A DNA stretch of 32,000 nt from Occultella gossypii. GTDB lineage: Bacteria > Actinomycetota > Actinomycetes > Actinomycetales > Beutenbergiaceae. Both the position numbers and the translations under genes were made by a program. Location of the stretch: the NCBI RefSeq assembly GCF_019947135.1, contig NZ_JAGSHT010000004.1, positions 3-32,002 on the forward strand, read 5' to 3'. The notes beneath the pieces are model-generated. The model was given only the letters and a program-made list of their open reading frames with translations. It made no database searches and had not been told where the DNA came from. The stretch's first letter is position 1. Every line of letters begins with the position of its first letter. Below are positions 1 through 10,046 of this stretch, piece after piece.

Positions 1-20
1 GGCCCCCCGGGGGCGGCCGC

Positions 21-31
21 GGGGGGGGGGG
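21..31. repeat. Homopolymeric G tract (11 G), preceded by C6 and G5 runs, at or just before the pglW start
   Basis: Read directly: positions 21-31 are all G. The last G is the first base of the GTG at 31. Frame 1 has no stop from position 1. Confidence 0.9.
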
Positions 32-2721
32 TGGTGCACCCCGGCGCGGCCCCGCGCGCCCCCACGCTGGGGGGCCGCTTCGTGGTTCGCTCCCGCCGTG
101 GCCGGGGATCCACCGGCACGGCGTTGCTCGTTGACGATCTCGACGAGGACCGTGAGGGAGTTGTCCTCAAGATCGCCCGCGACAAGGCTGCTGGGCTTCG
201 CCTCGGTGCCGAGGCGCGCGTGCTGCGTGAGTTTGACCATCCCCGGATCGTCGAGTTGCTCGAAGGGCCGATCGAGGTCAACGGGCGGCAGGCGCTGGTG
301 CTCTCCGATGCGGGCAGATCAACTCTCGCGGACCGACTCTCCGAAGAGGGTCGCGCGACGATCGAACAACTCGAGAACTACGGTCGCGACTTCCTCGAGT
401 CCGTCGAGTACCTCGAAAGCGTCGGCGTGTTCCACCGCGACATCAAACCGGGCAACCTCGGCATCGCCCCGGACCGAGGCACCCGTAAGCCCCGGCTGAG
501 CCTCTTCGACCTGTCCCTGGCGAGCGTGCCGCTCGAGGATGTCACCTCCGGTACACCCGGCTACGTGGACCCGTTCCTCGGCCAGGGCAGGCGGCGCCAG
601 TATGACCGCGCGGCCGAGCTCTACGCGGTGAGCGTCACCCTGTTCGAGATGGCCACCGGCGATCTGCCGACGTGGCGCGACGGCGACGCCGGGCCCGCGT
701 CGGAGCGGGACCGTGTTGTCCTGATGCCAGAGCAGTTCGATCCAGCGATAGGTCCCCAGCTTGTCGGCTTCTTCACCCTTGCCTTCGACCCGGTAGCGTC
801 GCACCGCTTCGCGAACGCCGCGGATCTCGGCGATGCGTGGCGGCAGGTCTTCGCGAAGGTGGACGTCCGTGGGCAATCGGACGCACAGCGCACCGACGTA
901 CAGGCGGAGCTCGACGCACGTGCCGTCGCGGCCGGCCGATCGACCCCGCTGACGGACTCGGGACTCTCCGCGAGGGCCCTCTCCGCGCTCGCCAGGCTTG
1001 AGGTCGCCACGGTTGGTGAGCTCATCGCCCGCAAGGGAACCGAGATCAACTCGATCCCTGGCCTGGGTGAGCAGTACCGGCGCGAGATTCAAGCACGAGT
1101 GCGCCAATGGCGGAGCGCATTGCTCGCCAAGTCCGAACTCCCGGCCGCGGATGAGCCAACCGAGCCCGACGGCGCACGGCTGGGTGTAGAGGTCATCGCC
1201 GGGAAGCTCATCCCGGCCAAGACCGCCGCGAACAGCATCGAGGTCCAGGTGCTGACCCTGCTGCTCGGGCGACTTTTGACCGCGCCGGGGATCTGGCCCA
1301 CCACGCAGGACCTGGCGAAACAGGTGGGCGCCTCCCGTCTCGAGGTCGAGGACGCCCTGGACAACGCCGCACGGCGCTGGCGCGCGCAAAAGACCTTCAA
1401 GCAGGTGCACAACCTGCTCGTCGACGCAGTCGTCGGCCGTGGGGGAGTGATCGCACTCCACGAGGCTGCCGCGGCGCTAACCTTCCCGCTCGGCTCCACA
1501 CTGGAGGGCGACGAACGCACCCGCGCCGCCGCGGGGCTCGTACGTGCAGTTGTCGAAGCGGACGTACGCGCCGCTCAACCCCGACTGATCACTCGCCGTC
1601 TTCTCGACCCCAGCGGGGATACCTACGGTGTACTCATCGCCCTTGCAGCGGGAGGATCTGCCTCCGGCGAAGCCCTGGTAGACGGCGACCTGGCCTTGGA
1701 CCTGGCCGAGCAACTCGGCGCCCGGGCGGACGGGTTGGTCGCCGAGCGGGACGTCACACCGGCGGGAGCTGCACTCGGAGAGCTGCGGGCAACACTCATC
1801 TCCGCGGCCGGCGACGATCTCGATCAGTCCCAGCTGGACGACGATCACCTGCTCCGACTCGCGGTGTCCGCGGCGAAGCATGCCGCGGCGTCTTCGCGCG
1901 GAGAGGTCTATCGGCGCGGCCTCGATGCACGCGAGGCGGTCCTGCTCGCGCTACGCGGCGTCACCACCCAGACCCTCACGAAGGAGCGCGTCCACCAGCG
2001 CGTGCTCGGTCGATTCCCCGAGGCAGCCGATATTCCTGACGGCCCAACTCTGGACGAGCTGGTCACCACAGCGGTCCCGAGCCTCAAGTGGGACGGTGAA
2101 CAGTACAGCCAGCGAGAACTGACCCGCCCGGCATCCTCAACAGCCACCATGACATCCGTTGGCGGGGGAGCAAGCGCACCGGCCATCGACCGGCGTCTCA
2201 CGGAATCGGTCCGGCGCAGGTCCGCACTGACCCTGACCGTGCATCCCAGTAAGCACGCGGAAGCGATCACCGCCCTGCGGCACCTGCAACCGGTCCAGGT
2301 GCTAGATGTCGGCGAACTCGTGGTGCACGCGTTGCGCTCGGGTGCCGCGGCGCATGGTGCGAACTGGGACGACGTCGCGAACCTCGACAGCCACCCGGCA
2401 GGCTCGCAGCCCTTCTCCATCCTGCAGACGCTCGCCCGGGAGTCGGTTACCGGCGCGTGGAAGAACGTCGCTTCTAGCACCGAACCGCTGCTGTTGGTTC
2501 ACGCTGGCCCGCTCGCTCGGTACGGGCTGATCCACCTACTCGCCGAAGCGTTTGATTTGGCGTATCCCCGCCCTGCGGCACGTTGGCTCCTGGTGCCGCG
2601 GCGGGGATCGGACCGTGCGCCCACCCTGGACGGCCACCCCGCTCCCCTCGGTCCTGACGGCTGGGTGGAGCTGCCCACTTCCTACCTGCACTACGACAAC
2701 CTCACGGAGTCTCACGCATGA
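31..2721 (+). CDS. pglW: BREX type 2 / Pgl serine-threonine protein kinase PglW. The frame is open to position 1, so the 5' end may be truncated by the window.
   Basis: Hanks-type kinase motifs at the N-terminus: G-rich loop GRGSTGTA, VVLKIA lysine (nt 169-171), HRDIKPGNL (nt 433-459), FDLS in place of DFG, and TPGYVDPF. An RpoA alpha-CTD-like helix-hairpin-helix follows (GLSARALSALARLEVATVGELI...IPGLGEQYRREI, nt ~949-1101). The stop overlaps the pglX ATG (ATGA at 2718-2721). Confidence 0.85.
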   Translation: MVHPGAAPRAPTLGGRFVVRSRRGRGSTGTALLVDDLDEDREGVVLKIARDKAAGLRLGAEARVLREFDHPRIVELLEGPIEVNGRQALVLSDAGRSTLADRLSEEGRATIEQLENYGRDFLESVEYLESVGVFHRDIKPGNLGIAPDRGTRKPRLSLFDLSLASVPLEDVTSGTPGYVDPFLGQGRRRQYDRAAELYAVSVTLFEMATGDLPTWRDGDAGPASERDRVVLMPEQFDPAIGPQLVGFFTLAFDPVASHRFANAADLGDAWRQVFAKVDVRGQSDAQRTDVQAELDARAVAAGRSTPLTDSGLSARALSALARLEVATVGELIARKGTEINSIPGLGEQYRREIQARVRQWRSALLAKSELPAADEPTEPDGARLGVEVIAGKLIPAKTAANSIEVQVLTLLLGRLLTAPGIWPTTQDLAKQVGASRLEVEDALDNAARRWRAQKTFKQVHNLLVDAVVGRGGVIALHEAAAALTFPLGSTLEGDERTRAAAGLVRAVVEADVRAAQPRLITRRLLDPSGDTYGVLIALAAGGSASGEALVDGDLALDLAEQLGARADGLVAERDVTPAGAALGELRATLISAAGDDLDQSQLDDDHLLRLAVSAAKHAAASSRGEVYRRGLDAREAVLLALRGVTTQTLTKERVHQRVLGRFPEAADIPDGPTLDELVTTAVPSLKWDGEQYSQRELTRPASSTATMTSVGGGASAPAIDRRLTESVRRRSALTLTVHPSKHAEAITALRHLQPVQVLDVGELVVHALRSGAAAHGANWDDVANLDSHPAGSQPFSILQTLARESVTGAWKNVASSTEPLLLVHAGPLARYGLIHLLAEAFDLAYPRPAARWLLVPRRGSDRAPTLDGHPAPLGPDGWVELPTSYLHYDNLTESHA

Positions 2722-5700
2722 TTGACTCGAAGCTGCTGCTGGCCGACCTGAAGAAGCAGCTGGTGCTGCTCACGACGGATCTCCGGGCTCGCGCCGAGGA
2801 GCCGGGTCTGGAGTGGGCCGCGGAGTTGCGCGCGCAGCACAGCGCCGCGGTGAGGCGGGGTCGGACGGCCTTCACATGGTCGGTCTGGCGCGATGGCCGG
2901 GTGGATCAGGCCGCGGTGGCCTGGTTGGTGGCATGTGCGTTCGTGCGGTTCGGTGAGGACAACGGCCTGCTCGACGGCGCAGCGGACTCCTCCGGACGGG
3001 CGGTGGCCGTGCCGTGGCTCGCCGGCCCCACCGACGGCCCGCTTGGGGACCGGCTGGCGCGCGCTAGCGAGAACGAGACCGTGTTCTACCGCGGAACCCC
3101 GACGGCGAACGCCCGCGATTGGTTGCAGGAGGCGTTCGCGGTGCTCGCCTCGCTCCCCGCGGGCCGGTTGCTGGTGGACCGTGCGCACAACCCTGTGTGG
3201 AAGGCCCCGATCAGCGCCGAGGCCGCGGGCCACCTGCTCTCCTTCTGGCGCCGCCACGACGACGACGGCGCACTGGTTCACGACTTCACCGACACCTCCC
3301 TGGACACGCGCTTCCTCGGCGACCTCTACCAGGACCTCTCGGAACACGCGAAGAAGACCTACGCGCTCCTGCAGACGCCAGTGTTCGTCGAGGAGTTCAT
3401 CCTGGACCGCACGCTGCAGCCGGCGATGCTGGAGTTCGGACTCGAAGGCTTGAAGGTGATTGACCCAACCTGCGGCTCCGGGCACTTCCTCCTCGGCGCG
3501 TTCGCACGCTTGGACGCGGCTTGGCAGCAGGAAGCCCCAGGCATGGAGTCGCGGGATCGGGTACAGACGGCGCTCGACTCGATCCATGGCGTAGATCTCA
3601 ATCCGTTCGCCATTGCCATCGCCCGCTTCCGACTCACAGTCGCGGCCCTGAAGGCCGCAGGGGAGACGTCGCTGGTCGGCGCACCCGACTTCGACTACCA
3701 CCTGGCGATCGGTGACTCGCTGCTCGCGGCGCAGGGTCATCAGGACACGCTCAACGTCCACGGGGACGAGGAAGACGTCTTCACCTATGCGAGCGAGGAC
3801 GTGGCCGAGTACCAAGACATCCTGGAACAAGGCCGATATCACGTGGTGGTAGGAAATCCACCGTACATCACGGTCAAGGACAAGGCGTTGAACGAGAGGT
3901 ATCGAAAGGCGTACCCCGGCAGTACCAAGGGCAAGTACGCGCTATCGGCTCCGTTCATGGAGTTGTTCTTCCGACTCGCCCGGCGCGCGGGACCAGCCGG
4001 CGGCGCTGGTTTCGTCGGGCAGATCACCTCGAACTCATTCATGAAGCGGGAGTTCGGCTCTAAGGTCATCGAGAACCTGCTTGCGGGGAACGATCTGGAC
4101 AACCCCGTAGACCTATCTGAAGTGATCGATACCTCCGGTGCCTACATCCCCGGGCATGGCACGCCCACGGTGATCCTCGTCGGACGCCGCCGTCGTGCGG
4201 TCGGTGACACCGTCCGTGCGGTCCTCGGTGTTCGCGGCGAGCCAGGGCAACCCGTGGACCCCGCGAAGGGCTTGGTCTGGACAGAAGTCGTCGAGCACTT
4301 GGATTCGGCGGGGTTTGACGGTATCTACGTCACCGTGACCGACCTCGACCGTGCTGTCTTGGCCGTGCATCCTTGGTCCCTGAGCGGCGGTGGGGCGAAG
4401 GCGGTTCTCCAACTGGTCGATAATGACACCCGTGGCCGAGTCGGTGATCACGTTGCTCGGATCGGGTTCTTCGGGATCATGGGAGCGGAGGACGCGTTCA
4501 TGACCACGGCGAGTGACGTGAATCGGCTCGGCGACGTGGGTTCGCATCGCAATTTGGTGATCGGCGACAAAGTTCGCGATTTCGCTGTGCAGAGTGCCAA
4601 TCCGACATTCTTCCCATACGACCGGGAGCATGTGCTCAAGGCGCTTTCGCGTTATCCTGCAATGGAACATCGACTCTGGCCGCTCAGGTCCGAGCTCGGA
4701 AATCGCGCAACCTTTGCGAAGGGCACATATTTCTCAGAGGGGAGACCGTGGTACGAGTGGCACCAACTTCCTAAGGATGTTGACGTGCATTCTTGGTCCA
4801 TCACCTTCGCGTTCGTCTCCACGCACAACCACTTCGTGCTGGACCGGGGCGGGAAGGTGTTCAAGCAGTCAGCGCCGGTGATCAAGTTGCCGGCGGACGC
4901 CACCGAGGACGAGTACCTCGACCTGCTCGGCGTGCTGAACTCGTCGACGGCTTGCTTCTGGCTCAAGCAGGTCTCCCATGACAAGGGCAACGGCGGCTAC
5001 GGTGGAGGGATTGCGGACCAAGAGTGGGAGCGCTTCTTCGAGTTCACCGGCACCAAGCTCCAGGAGTTCCCGCTCCCCCCTTTGCTCCCACGGGAGCGCG
5101 CCAGGCTACTGGATCGACTTGCCCAAGATCTGAACGAGGTCTCGCCGGCGTCGAGCGTCCCGGCCGCACTCGCTGCGGCGGATGCCGATCTTGCGCACGC
5201 GGTGGAGGAGGCACGCGGCCGGTGGGCGTCGCTTCGGCGACGGCTCTTCTTCGAGCAAGAGGAACTCGACTGGGAGGTTTACCGCCTCTACGGCCTCATC
5301 GATGAGGACCTGACCTATGCCGGGGGTGGGATCGACCACAACGAGCTCGGCGATCGAGCTTTCGAGGTTACCCTCGCACGTGCGGTTGCTGCAGGAGTCG
5401 AAGAGACCGCATGGTTCGATCGGCACGGCTCCACGCCGATCACTGAGTTGCCAGCCGAATGGCCGCAGGACTACCGCGACCTGGTGCAGCGACGCCTGGA
5501 TCTTATCGCGAGCGACAAGCAGATCGGGCTACTGGAGCGGCCCGAGTACAAGCGTCGCTGGCAGACGCCCGGCTGGGACGTCCAACTCAAGGCCGCCCTC
5601 GAAACGGCGGTACTCGACCGGCTCGAGAGGCCAGAACTCTGGTCGGACCCCGCCGGTGTCACCACCCGAACCGTCGGCCAGCTCGCCGAGCTCGTCAGTG

Positions 5701-6350
5701 GCGATGCCGCGCTTCTCGAGGCACTGCGCCTCCTGTCTGGCACTCAGGATGTGAATGTTGTTAAGGCGGTGACTGCGCTCCTCACGGACGAAGCCGTCCC
5801 GTACCTGGCGGCGCATCGGTTCAAGGAACCGGGCCTGGAGAAGTTCGCCGAGTGGCAGCGCGTATGGGATCTGCAACGCCAGGAGGATGCACCGAAGACG
5901 GCGGATGCGCCGAAGAGTGTGGACATCCCGGTGCCGCCGAAGTACGGGCAGGCGGACTTCCGGCACGTGAGCATCTGGAAGGCGCGCGGCAAGCTGGACG
6001 TGCCGAAGGAGCGCTTCATCTCCTATCCGAGTGTCTCCTTCCCCGATGACCCGACGCCGGTGCTCGGGTGGGCGGGTTGGGATCACCGTGACCAGGCCAT
6101 CGCGCTCGCCCGCCTGATTGGCGAGCAGCAGGCAGATGCCCCGAGCCGGACGCCTCTGGTCGCAGGACTGGTGGAGCTCGAACCGTGGCTGCACCAATGG
6201 CACGGTGAGATCGATCCGGCCTCCGGCGTAGTGCCGGCAGACACGATCACCACCATGATCGACAGTGAACTTGATGCTCTGGGCGCAACCCGAGACGATG
6301 TGGCCGCCTGGCGGCCAGAACCAGCTCGACGCGGACGCCGTCGGGCCTGA
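2718..6350 (+). CDS. pglX: BREX/Pgl N6-adenine DNA methyltransferase PglX (1210 aa)
   Basis: SAM-binding motif I VIDPTCGSGHFLLGAF (nt ~3456-3503). Catalytic motif IV VVGNPPY (NPPY at nt 3855-3866). Size and long C-terminal extension are typical of PglX, and it sits between pglW and pglY. Confidence 0.92.
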   Translation: MIDSKLLLADLKKQLVLLTTDLRARAEEPGLEWAAELRAQHSAAVRRGRTAFTWSVWRDGRVDQAAVAWLVACAFVRFGEDNGLLDGAADSSGRAVAVPWLAGPTDGPLGDRLARASENETVFYRGTPTANARDWLQEAFAVLASLPAGRLLVDRAHNPVWKAPISAEAAGHLLSFWRRHDDDGALVHDFTDTSLDTRFLGDLYQDLSEHAKKTYALLQTPVFVEEFILDRTLQPAMLEFGLEGLKVIDPTCGSGHFLLGAFARLDAAWQQEAPGMESRDRVQTALDSIHGVDLNPFAIAIARFRLTVAALKAAGETSLVGAPDFDYHLAIGDSLLAAQGHQDTLNVHGDEEDVFTYASEDVAEYQDILEQGRYHVVVGNPPYITVKDKALNERYRKAYPGSTKGKYALSAPFMELFFRLARRAGPAGGAGFVGQITSNSFMKREFGSKVIENLLAGNDLDNPVDLSEVIDTSGAYIPGHGTPTVILVGRRRRAVGDTVRAVLGVRGEPGQPVDPAKGLVWTEVVEHLDSAGFDGIYVTVTDLDRAVLAVHPWSLSGGGAKAVLQLVDNDTRGRVGDHVARIGFFGIMGAEDAFMTTASDVNRLGDVGSHRNLVIGDKVRDFAVQSANPTFFPYDREHVLKALSRYPAMEHRLWPLRSELGNRATFAKGTYFSEGRPWYEWHQLPKDVDVHSWSITFAFVSTHNHFVLDRGGKVFKQSAPVIKLPADATEDEYLDLLGVLNSSTACFWLKQVSHDKGNGGYGGGIADQEWERFFEFTGTKLQEFPLPPLLPRERARLLDRLAQDLNEVSPASSVPAALAAADADLAHAVEEARGRWASLRRRLFFEQEELDWEVYRLYGLIDEDLTYAGGGIDHNELGDRAFEVTLARAVAAGVEETAWFDRHGSTPITELPAEWPQDYRDLVQRRLDLIASDKQIGLLERPEYKRRWQTPGWDVQLKAALETAVLDRLERPELWSDPAGVTTRTVGQLAELVSGDAALLEALRLLSGTQDVNVVKAVTALLTDEAVPYLAAHRFKEPGLEKFAEWQRVWDLQRQEDAPKTADAPKSVDIPVPPKYGQADFRHVSIWKARGKLDVPKERFISYPSVSFPDDPTPVLGWAGWDHRDQAIALARLIGEQQADAPSRTPLVAGLVELEPWLHQWHGEIDPASGVVPADTITTMIDSELDALGATRDDVAAWRPEPARRGRRRA

Positions 6351-6368
6351 TCAGCGGAGAAGCAACAG

Positions 6369-9300
6369 ATGAGTACAGACATCCTCGACACCCCGCTCCG
6401 CGATGTCATCAATGTCCCGGAGGTCGTCACCGCCGGCGACTTCGTGCTGCAGCTCCAGAACGGCGTCGCGGACGCAGAGGGCACACTCGGCCACTACGTG
6501 GTCACCGAGGGCGTCGCCGAAGCGATGGATGAGGCCCTGGACCTCGTCGAGAAGACCGTGCGAAGCGGCACCAGTGCCGGCGCCTTTGTGCACGGTTCGT
6601 TCGGCTCCGGAAAGTCGCACTTCATGGCGGTGCTCCACCTCATCCTGGCGGGCAACGTGCACGCTCGGAGCCTGCCCGGTCTGCAGCAGAGTGTTGCAGG
6701 TCATCACGGCGTGCTCGGCAAGCAGTTCCTCGCCATCGACTATCACCTGCTCGGCAAACCAAACCTCGAGTCCGCAATCTTCGACGGCTACCTGAATACG
6801 GTCCGCGACCGTCACCCTGGCGCACCCCTGCCGTTGCTGCACCGATCCGACAACCTCCTGAACGACGCCGTCACGCAGCGTCGTCAGTACGGGGACGACG
6901 CGTTCTTCGCGGCGCTGAATGGCGCCGCCGCTGCGCAGAGTGCCTCGATGGGTGACCTTGGCAACCTGGGGAACCTCGGCGGATCGCTCAGCGCTGAGAC
7001 CGGCTGGACCGCCGCGCGATTCGAGGATGCGCTCACCCAGCCGGTTGGCGGGACCGAGCGGGAACTGCTTGCCCAGCAACTCGTCGGGACGATGTTCGCC
7101 GGCTACACGGCATCGGGGGAGTGGCTCGACATCGCCGCCGGGCTCAAGGTGATGACCACGCACGCGCGCACCCTCGGCTATGACGCGATCGTGCTCTTCC
7201 TCGATGAACTGGTGCTCTGGCTGGGTCAGCACCTCTCCGACACCGCGTTCATCCAGGAGGAGACCTCCAAGGTCGCCAAACTCGTCGAATCAGAGATGGG
7301 CGCGCACGCCCTCCCGATGATCTCCTTTGTGGCCCGGCAGCGTGAGCTCAAGGACTTCCTCGGCAACACCGCAGACGGCGCTGAGATGGTGGCCGTGGGA
7401 CAGTCCTTCCAATGGTGGGAGGACCGGTTCGACGCAATCACGCTCAAGGCTGCGGATCTGCCGCAGATCGTCCACCAACGGCTCCTGCAACCACGAGATG
7501 ACGCCGGTGCGGCCGCGATCAAGGCGGCAGTCCAGCGTGTGAAGGCGGACAGCAGAGCCTGGTCCCACCTCCTCACCGACGAGGCGCTCTCCTCGGAATC
7601 GGACTTCGCGCTCGTCTACCCGTTCTCGCCCGCGCTTGTGGATGCCATGGTGGCGCTCTCCTCGCTCATGCAGCGGGAGCGAACCGCGCTCAAGATCATG
7701 AGCGAACTGCTCTCGAACGGTCGCGACTACCTTCGCGTGCGCGACGTGATCGGCGTTGGAGAACTCTTCGACGTCATCGTGCTCAGCCAGTCGAAGCCGT
7801 TGACGAAGGAGATGCAGACGCGGTTCGCCGTGGCGGAGAACTTCTACGCCACCAAGCTGCGCCCGTACCTGCTCGACAAGTACGGGTTGGACCAGGCGCA
7901 AGCGGATGCGTCCCCACGCCACTCACCGTTCCGCACGGAGGATCGGCTCGCCAAGACGTTGCTCATCTCCTACATCGCGCCGGGCACACCATCACTGAGC
8001 AATCTCACCGCGGGCAAACTTGCTGCTCTCAACTTCGGAACCGTCACCTCGCTGATCCCAGGGCAGGAAGCAGCACAGGTGACCACCTGGGCACGGGAGT
8101 GGGCGCGAAACTTCGGGGACGTCGTCGTTGGCACGGAGACCAACCCACTCATCAGCCTTCAGCTCTCCGGTGTGGACTACGAGTCCGTCATCGACCGGGT
8201 GCAGACCGAGGACCATCCGAGCAACAGGCGCGCCCTGGTCAAGTCATTGCTGGCCGAGGAACTGGAGCTCGTCGAGTCGCAGAACATGGTTTCCGATCAG
8301 ACGCTCGGTTTCGTGTGGCGTGGGAGCCGGCGCCTTGTGGACGTACTGTTCGGCAACGTACGTGAACGCCCCACGATGCCCACGGACCAGCTCCGGGCAG
8401 CTCCCGGTCGGTGGAAGGTGATCATCGACTATCCGTTCGATGAGCCGGGTCACTTCCCGTCCGACGATCTGCTCCGGATCAACCAGGAACGCGAGGCCGG
8501 GCTCGAGACCAATGCGATCGTCTGGCTGCCACACTTCCTGGCATCCACCCGAATGCAGGACGTTGGGCGGCTCGTGGTCCTTGAGCACCTCGCGAAGGCT
8601 CGGCAGTTCGACGCGAACGCCTCCCACCTCGCCCCCGCCGATCGCGAGCCGGCGCGCCAGGCACTGGAGAACCAGCGCCGCGCATTGCGAGAACAACTGG
8701 TCGCCACACTCCGTCAGGCGTACGGGATCAGTACACCGAAGGATGACGTTGACACCGGGGCGATCAAGGCCCAGGAGATCTTCACGACGCTGCGGCCAGG
8801 ACTCACGTTCCGGCCACCGGTGGCCGCGACGCTGCGCGACGGTCTGGTCAAGGTGCTTGATCAGGCACTCGGCGACGAGTACCCGGATCACCCACAGTTC
8901 CAGCCCGCTGACAGCGAGGTGCGCCGCGCCGAGATCCGTCACGTCCTGGACACTGTGCGCGAGACGATCGCCGCAGGTGGGCGGCTCGACGGGATCGATC
9001 GTGCCCGCGCGGCGGAGCTTTGGCGCGTCGCTGAACCTCTTGGGCTGGGCACTCCTCGCGAGAACGTCTACGCCCTGAGCGCCACGACGTTCCGTTGGCA
9101 GCCCGACTTCACGAAGGCAGTCACCGAGGCCGGTCGCGGTGGCGACGTGACCGTCGCCGACCTTCGGGCACGACTGGCAGGCACCGGCATCACAACGGAC
9201 CTCCAAGACCTCCTTGTGCTCTCCTGGGCCGGGCTCGCGGACCGAGAGATCCTGCGCGGGGGAGTGCCCGCCGGCGAGCCTGGGATCGGGGGACTCACGC

Positions 9301-10046
9301 CGGACATGACGCTGCGCCAGCCCGTCCTGCCTGACGACGAATCCTGGGAACGGGCCCAGCTGCGTGCCCAAGGTCTGTTCGGTATCGCGCGAGAGGTCAA
9401 CCTGACCTCGGCTGCGTTACACCGCTTCGGTGAGGCCCTACGCCGCCAATTCACTGGCTTCGTTGCTTCCGCACAGGGACTTGAGCGGGCACTCCACGAC
9501 CACCGAGACTCGCTGGCACTCGACGACACGAGTCCGCGTGTGGTCACCGCACGGGCTTCGAGGGAACTCGTCGATTCGCTGCGAGGCGCGAAGGACGACG
9601 TTGAACTGGTCCGTGTGCTTGCCGGTGCCAAGTTCACCACCGAACCCGCGGTGATCGGCCGGTCGCTGGCCACAGCCGCGGACGTGACCCGAGCACTGGG
9701 TCAGGCCCGGTGGCAGATTCTGCAGCGCGTCGAGTCGATGGACGGCGGGAAGCAGGTCCTCGCGGACCTGCGAATGGCCGCCGCCACGAACGAGTCTTCG
9801 GCCGGGCTGCAATCTGCCCTAGCCCACGCTCAGCGGCGTGCGGATGAGTTGATCATTGTTGTTCCGCCAAGCGTGGTCCCGCCACGGCTGCCCCAGCACC
9901 CGCCGGAAGGGGTGGACTCGATCCTTCTCGACATCGACGCGAGCGGCGATGTCGGTCGCTTACTGACGTCACTCACCCCGGAACTTCGGAACTTCGTCGC
10001 GGCCAACCCGGGCAAGCGGGTGCGTGTCAGCTGGAGGCTGGAGTGA
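6369..10046 (+). CDS. pglY: BREX type 2 P-loop ATPase PglY (1225 aa)
   Basis: Walker A GSFGSGKSH (nt 6594-6620). Large ATPase in the canonical position after pglX. GGAGA Shine-Dalgarno 8 nt upstream of the ATG. The stop overlaps the pglZ GTG (GTGA 10043-10046). Confidence 0.85.
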   Translation: MSTDILDTPLRDVINVPEVVTAGDFVLQLQNGVADAEGTLGHYVVTEGVAEAMDEALDLVEKTVRSGTSAGAFVHGSFGSGKSHFMAVLHLILAGNVHARSLPGLQQSVAGHHGVLGKQFLAIDYHLLGKPNLESAIFDGYLNTVRDRHPGAPLPLLHRSDNLLNDAVTQRRQYGDDAFFAALNGAAAAQSASMGDLGNLGNLGGSLSAETGWTAARFEDALTQPVGGTERELLAQQLVGTMFAGYTASGEWLDIAAGLKVMTTHARTLGYDAIVLFLDELVLWLGQHLSDTAFIQEETSKVAKLVESEMGAHALPMISFVARQRELKDFLGNTADGAEMVAVGQSFQWWEDRFDAITLKAADLPQIVHQRLLQPRDDAGAAAIKAAVQRVKADSRAWSHLLTDEALSSESDFALVYPFSPALVDAMVALSSLMQRERTALKIMSELLSNGRDYLRVRDVIGVGELFDVIVLSQSKPLTKEMQTRFAVAENFYATKLRPYLLDKYGLDQAQADASPRHSPFRTEDRLAKTLLISYIAPGTPSLSNLTAGKLAALNFGTVTSLIPGQEAAQVTTWAREWARNFGDVVVGTETNPLISLQLSGVDYESVIDRVQTEDHPSNRRALVKSLLAEELELVESQNMVSDQTLGFVWRGSRRLVDVLFGNVRERPTMPTDQLRAAPGRWKVIIDYPFDEPGHFPSDDLLRINQEREAGLETNAIVWLPHFLASTRMQDVGRLVVLEHLAKARQFDANASHLAPADREPARQALENQRRALREQLVATLRQAYGISTPKDDVDTGAIKAQEIFTTLRPGLTFRPPVAATLRDGLVKVLDQALGDEYPDHPQFQPADSEVRRAEIRHVLDTVRETIAAGGRLDGIDRARAAELWRVAEPLGLGTPRENVYALSATTFRWQPDFTKAVTEAGRGGDVTVADLRARLAGTGITTDLQDLLVLSWAGLADREILRGGVPAGEPGIGGLTPDMTLRQPVLPDDESWERAQLRAQGLFGIAREVNLTSAALHRFGEALRRQFTGFVASAQGLERALHDHRDSLALDDTSPRVVTARASRELVDSLRGAKDDVELVRVLAGAKFTTEPAVIGRSLATAADVTRALGQARWQILQRVESMDGGKQVLADLRMAAATNESSAGLQSALAHAQRRADELIIVVPPSVVPPRLPQHPPEGVDSILLDIDASGDVGRLLTSLTPELRNFVAANPGKRVRVSWRLE

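Noticed and set aside
319-1461. Long antisense ORFs overlapping the BREX genes (for example 319-1461, 2712-3842, 8244-9371, 10724-11896, 15248-16573, all on the minus strand)
   Set aside because: They are typical high-GC artefacts. They are Arg/Gly/Pro/His-rich with no motifs and lie fully inside strongly supported sense genes that carry clear catalytic motifs.
5075-5080. C6 run inside pglX, considered as an analogue of the S. coelicolor pglX phase-variation tract
   Set aside because: Six bases is short and common in high-GC coding DNA. It is far less compelling than the G11 at 21-31.
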